From Octopus bimaculoides (taxonomy: Eukaryota), in the NCBI RefSeq assembly GCF_001194135.2, contig NC_068998.1:32720295-32784294 (forward strand): DNA of 64,000 nucleotides, read 5' to 3'. The notes under the pieces are model-generated. The model had not been told where the DNA came from and did no database searches. It saw nothing but the letters and a program-made list of their open reading frames with translations. Below are positions 62,707 to 64,000 of the stretch, in pieces. The first letter of the stretch is position 1. Each line of letters starts with the position of its first letter. Both the position numbers and the translations under genes were made by a program.

Positions 62707-62708
<2 letters not shown>
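62252..62708 (+). mobile_element. Partial tandem repeat (~1.4 units, 301-356 nt) carrying one hammerhead; candidate non-LTR retrozyme or Penelope pLTR
   Basis: 62252-62348 and 62553-62708 align in two blocks (37/41 and ~46/54 identical). Copy 2 has ~55 extra nt including GCTATAAATA. The hammerhead lies between the copies. Confidence 0.7.
62453..62499 (+). ncRNA. Minimal type I hammerhead ribozyme with a fully canonical core; predicted cleavage after 62492 (GUC)
   Basis: ACACAUG-CUGAGGA-UGGGU AACC ACCCA-GAAA CU UG AG UC/CGUGUGU: 7-bp stem I, 5-bp stem II, self-complementary stem III ACUUGAGU. Confidence 0.85.
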
Positions 62709-62737
<29 letters not shown>

Positions 62738-62756
62738 TTCATGTTACAATGAAGTA

Positions 62757-62795
62757 GAGAAATTTGAAAAGACAACACGAAACCGGTTATTTCTC
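62757..62795 (+). ncRNA. Minimal type I hammerhead-like motif with compensatory U3-A8 core; predicted cleavage after 62788 (GUU)
   Basis: GAGAAAU-UUGAAAA-G ACAACA C-GAAA CCGG UU/AUUUCUC: perfect 7-bp stem I, palindromic ACCGGU stem III, only 1 bp of stem II. Confidence 0.65.
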
Positions 62796-63769
62796 CAAAA
62801 TACAATGTTTATATACCAAAAAAAATTTTATAACATTTTTCTGACATAATTTAAATATATACTTTAACCATGTAACACAAGCCTTCTGTAGTTTTTTCAC
62901 TCTTATTATCTTTTATATATATATATATATAATGTTGTTTCAATACATTAAAGAATTGTGTGATAATGCATAGATAAAGGATTGAGTCTATCAAATAATT
63001 AGGATTTAGATTACTGATACTGTTAATTACAATATGTTAGATTTGGGTCTTCTCCAGCTGCAAGATAATTCATTTCACCATTGTATTGTACAACGTCCAG
63101 CTGACTGTTTGTTTTATACAATCTGTACTTGGTATCTGTCAACCTTGTCAAAATCCTGTCTGTAAATGACAAGAAACCATCTCACTGTGCATAGCAATAA
63201 CAATAGAACTCATGTATTGTCAACTTATTTCAAACACAGGTTTGTCACTCTTCAAACTGCTGAAAATTGGGTGTATCTAACTTCAAAATATTTGTCATTT
63301 ACTGAATGAAAACACTTAATTACAACCATTAAATTAGTGTTATTTATAATGAATTGGATATAATTTCCTTTTAATGTCTAATAATTATTATTTATAGTTT
63401 TAGCCTTGATTGGTACTGCATATCATTCCTACTAAGAACGCACTTCTCTTATATGTATGTATGCATGTATGTAAGTATATATGCATGTACACATATTTGT
63501 ATATAAGCATGGTTATCATTGCAGATACGGATCTTATTACATGCTACTTGTATATTTTACATATGAGAGTTGAATCAAAAGTAAAGCAGAAGTAGGCTGA
63601 ACTTTATTAATTAACAGAAATCATTGAAATTGCATCTGATTGTAAACTAACTTTTCTTATACAAATATGAGCTCCATAGCTTCCTTGACAAATGATGCAT
63701 TTGCACCACTGTTGAATTCAACACCCAAATCCTCTTTGAAGAGCAGATTTTTGTCTTTATCTTCTTCAA

Positions 63770-64000
63770 AAAGTGTGTCAACTACTGAGGTAACGACTTT
63801 GTATACATGTCCAAACACCTGAAGTCTTCTACTATCTCCTGTAATGTTTTGTGGTCACAATCCAATTGTGCAGTAAGCTCACGGAGTGTTATTTATCTGT
63901 CATGCAAATCAATTAATTCACTGCCTAGTGGTTCATGCCAATAGTTGAAGTTAATAGTTTCTCACTAAATGGTTTGTCTTTAATGTCATTTTCCCCTACT
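63770..64000 (-). mobile_element. Highly decayed mariner transposase fragment
   Basis: GENDIKDKPFSEK...TLRELTAQLDCDHKT...SLPQ*LT aligns loosely with mariner GD..LED.PRSGRP...ELA..L...WVPH.LT. Confidence 0.5.

Noticed and set aside
63030-63165. 45-codon open frame on minus (DRILTRLTDTKYRLYKT...) after a good acceptor
   Set aside because: No homology and no convincing donor; this length is within chance expectation.

Overview
AT-rich, repeat-dense eukaryotic DNA with nine N-gaps. The SINE, RTE and R4 repertoire looks like an octopus or other coleoid cephalopod genome (inference from recognised repeat families, not a database search). No host protein-coding gene can be identified; most ORF-track entries are microsatellite, N-gap or transposon artefacts. 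The window is mostly decayed mobile DNA: RTE, R4/Dong (one near full length, ~52.6-56.3 kb), CR1/L2, BovB-like and Penelope retroelements, two abundant tRNA-derived SINE families, mariner, maT (DD37D), Merlin, hAT/hATm, piggyBac-like and Kolobok-like MITEs, and a Helitron. The main hidden signal is RNA structure: about eight minimal type I hammerhead ribozyme motifs with dissimilar sequences. One has a fully canonical core and sits inside a ~300-356 nt partial tandem repeat (62252-62708), a candidate non-LTR retrozyme or Penelope pLTR unit. Two share a compensatory U3-A8 core, and one has a ~71-nt insertion in stem II. Other observations: a textbook recursive-splice-like site at 26641, a 30-bp minisatellite arraying TGACGTGG (UPRE-like) motifs, repeated tail-to-tail R4/SINE junctions at (TAA)n tracts, and strong plus-strand bias of RTE and R4 copies. 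All structures and alignments were read by eye; repeat boundaries are approximate.
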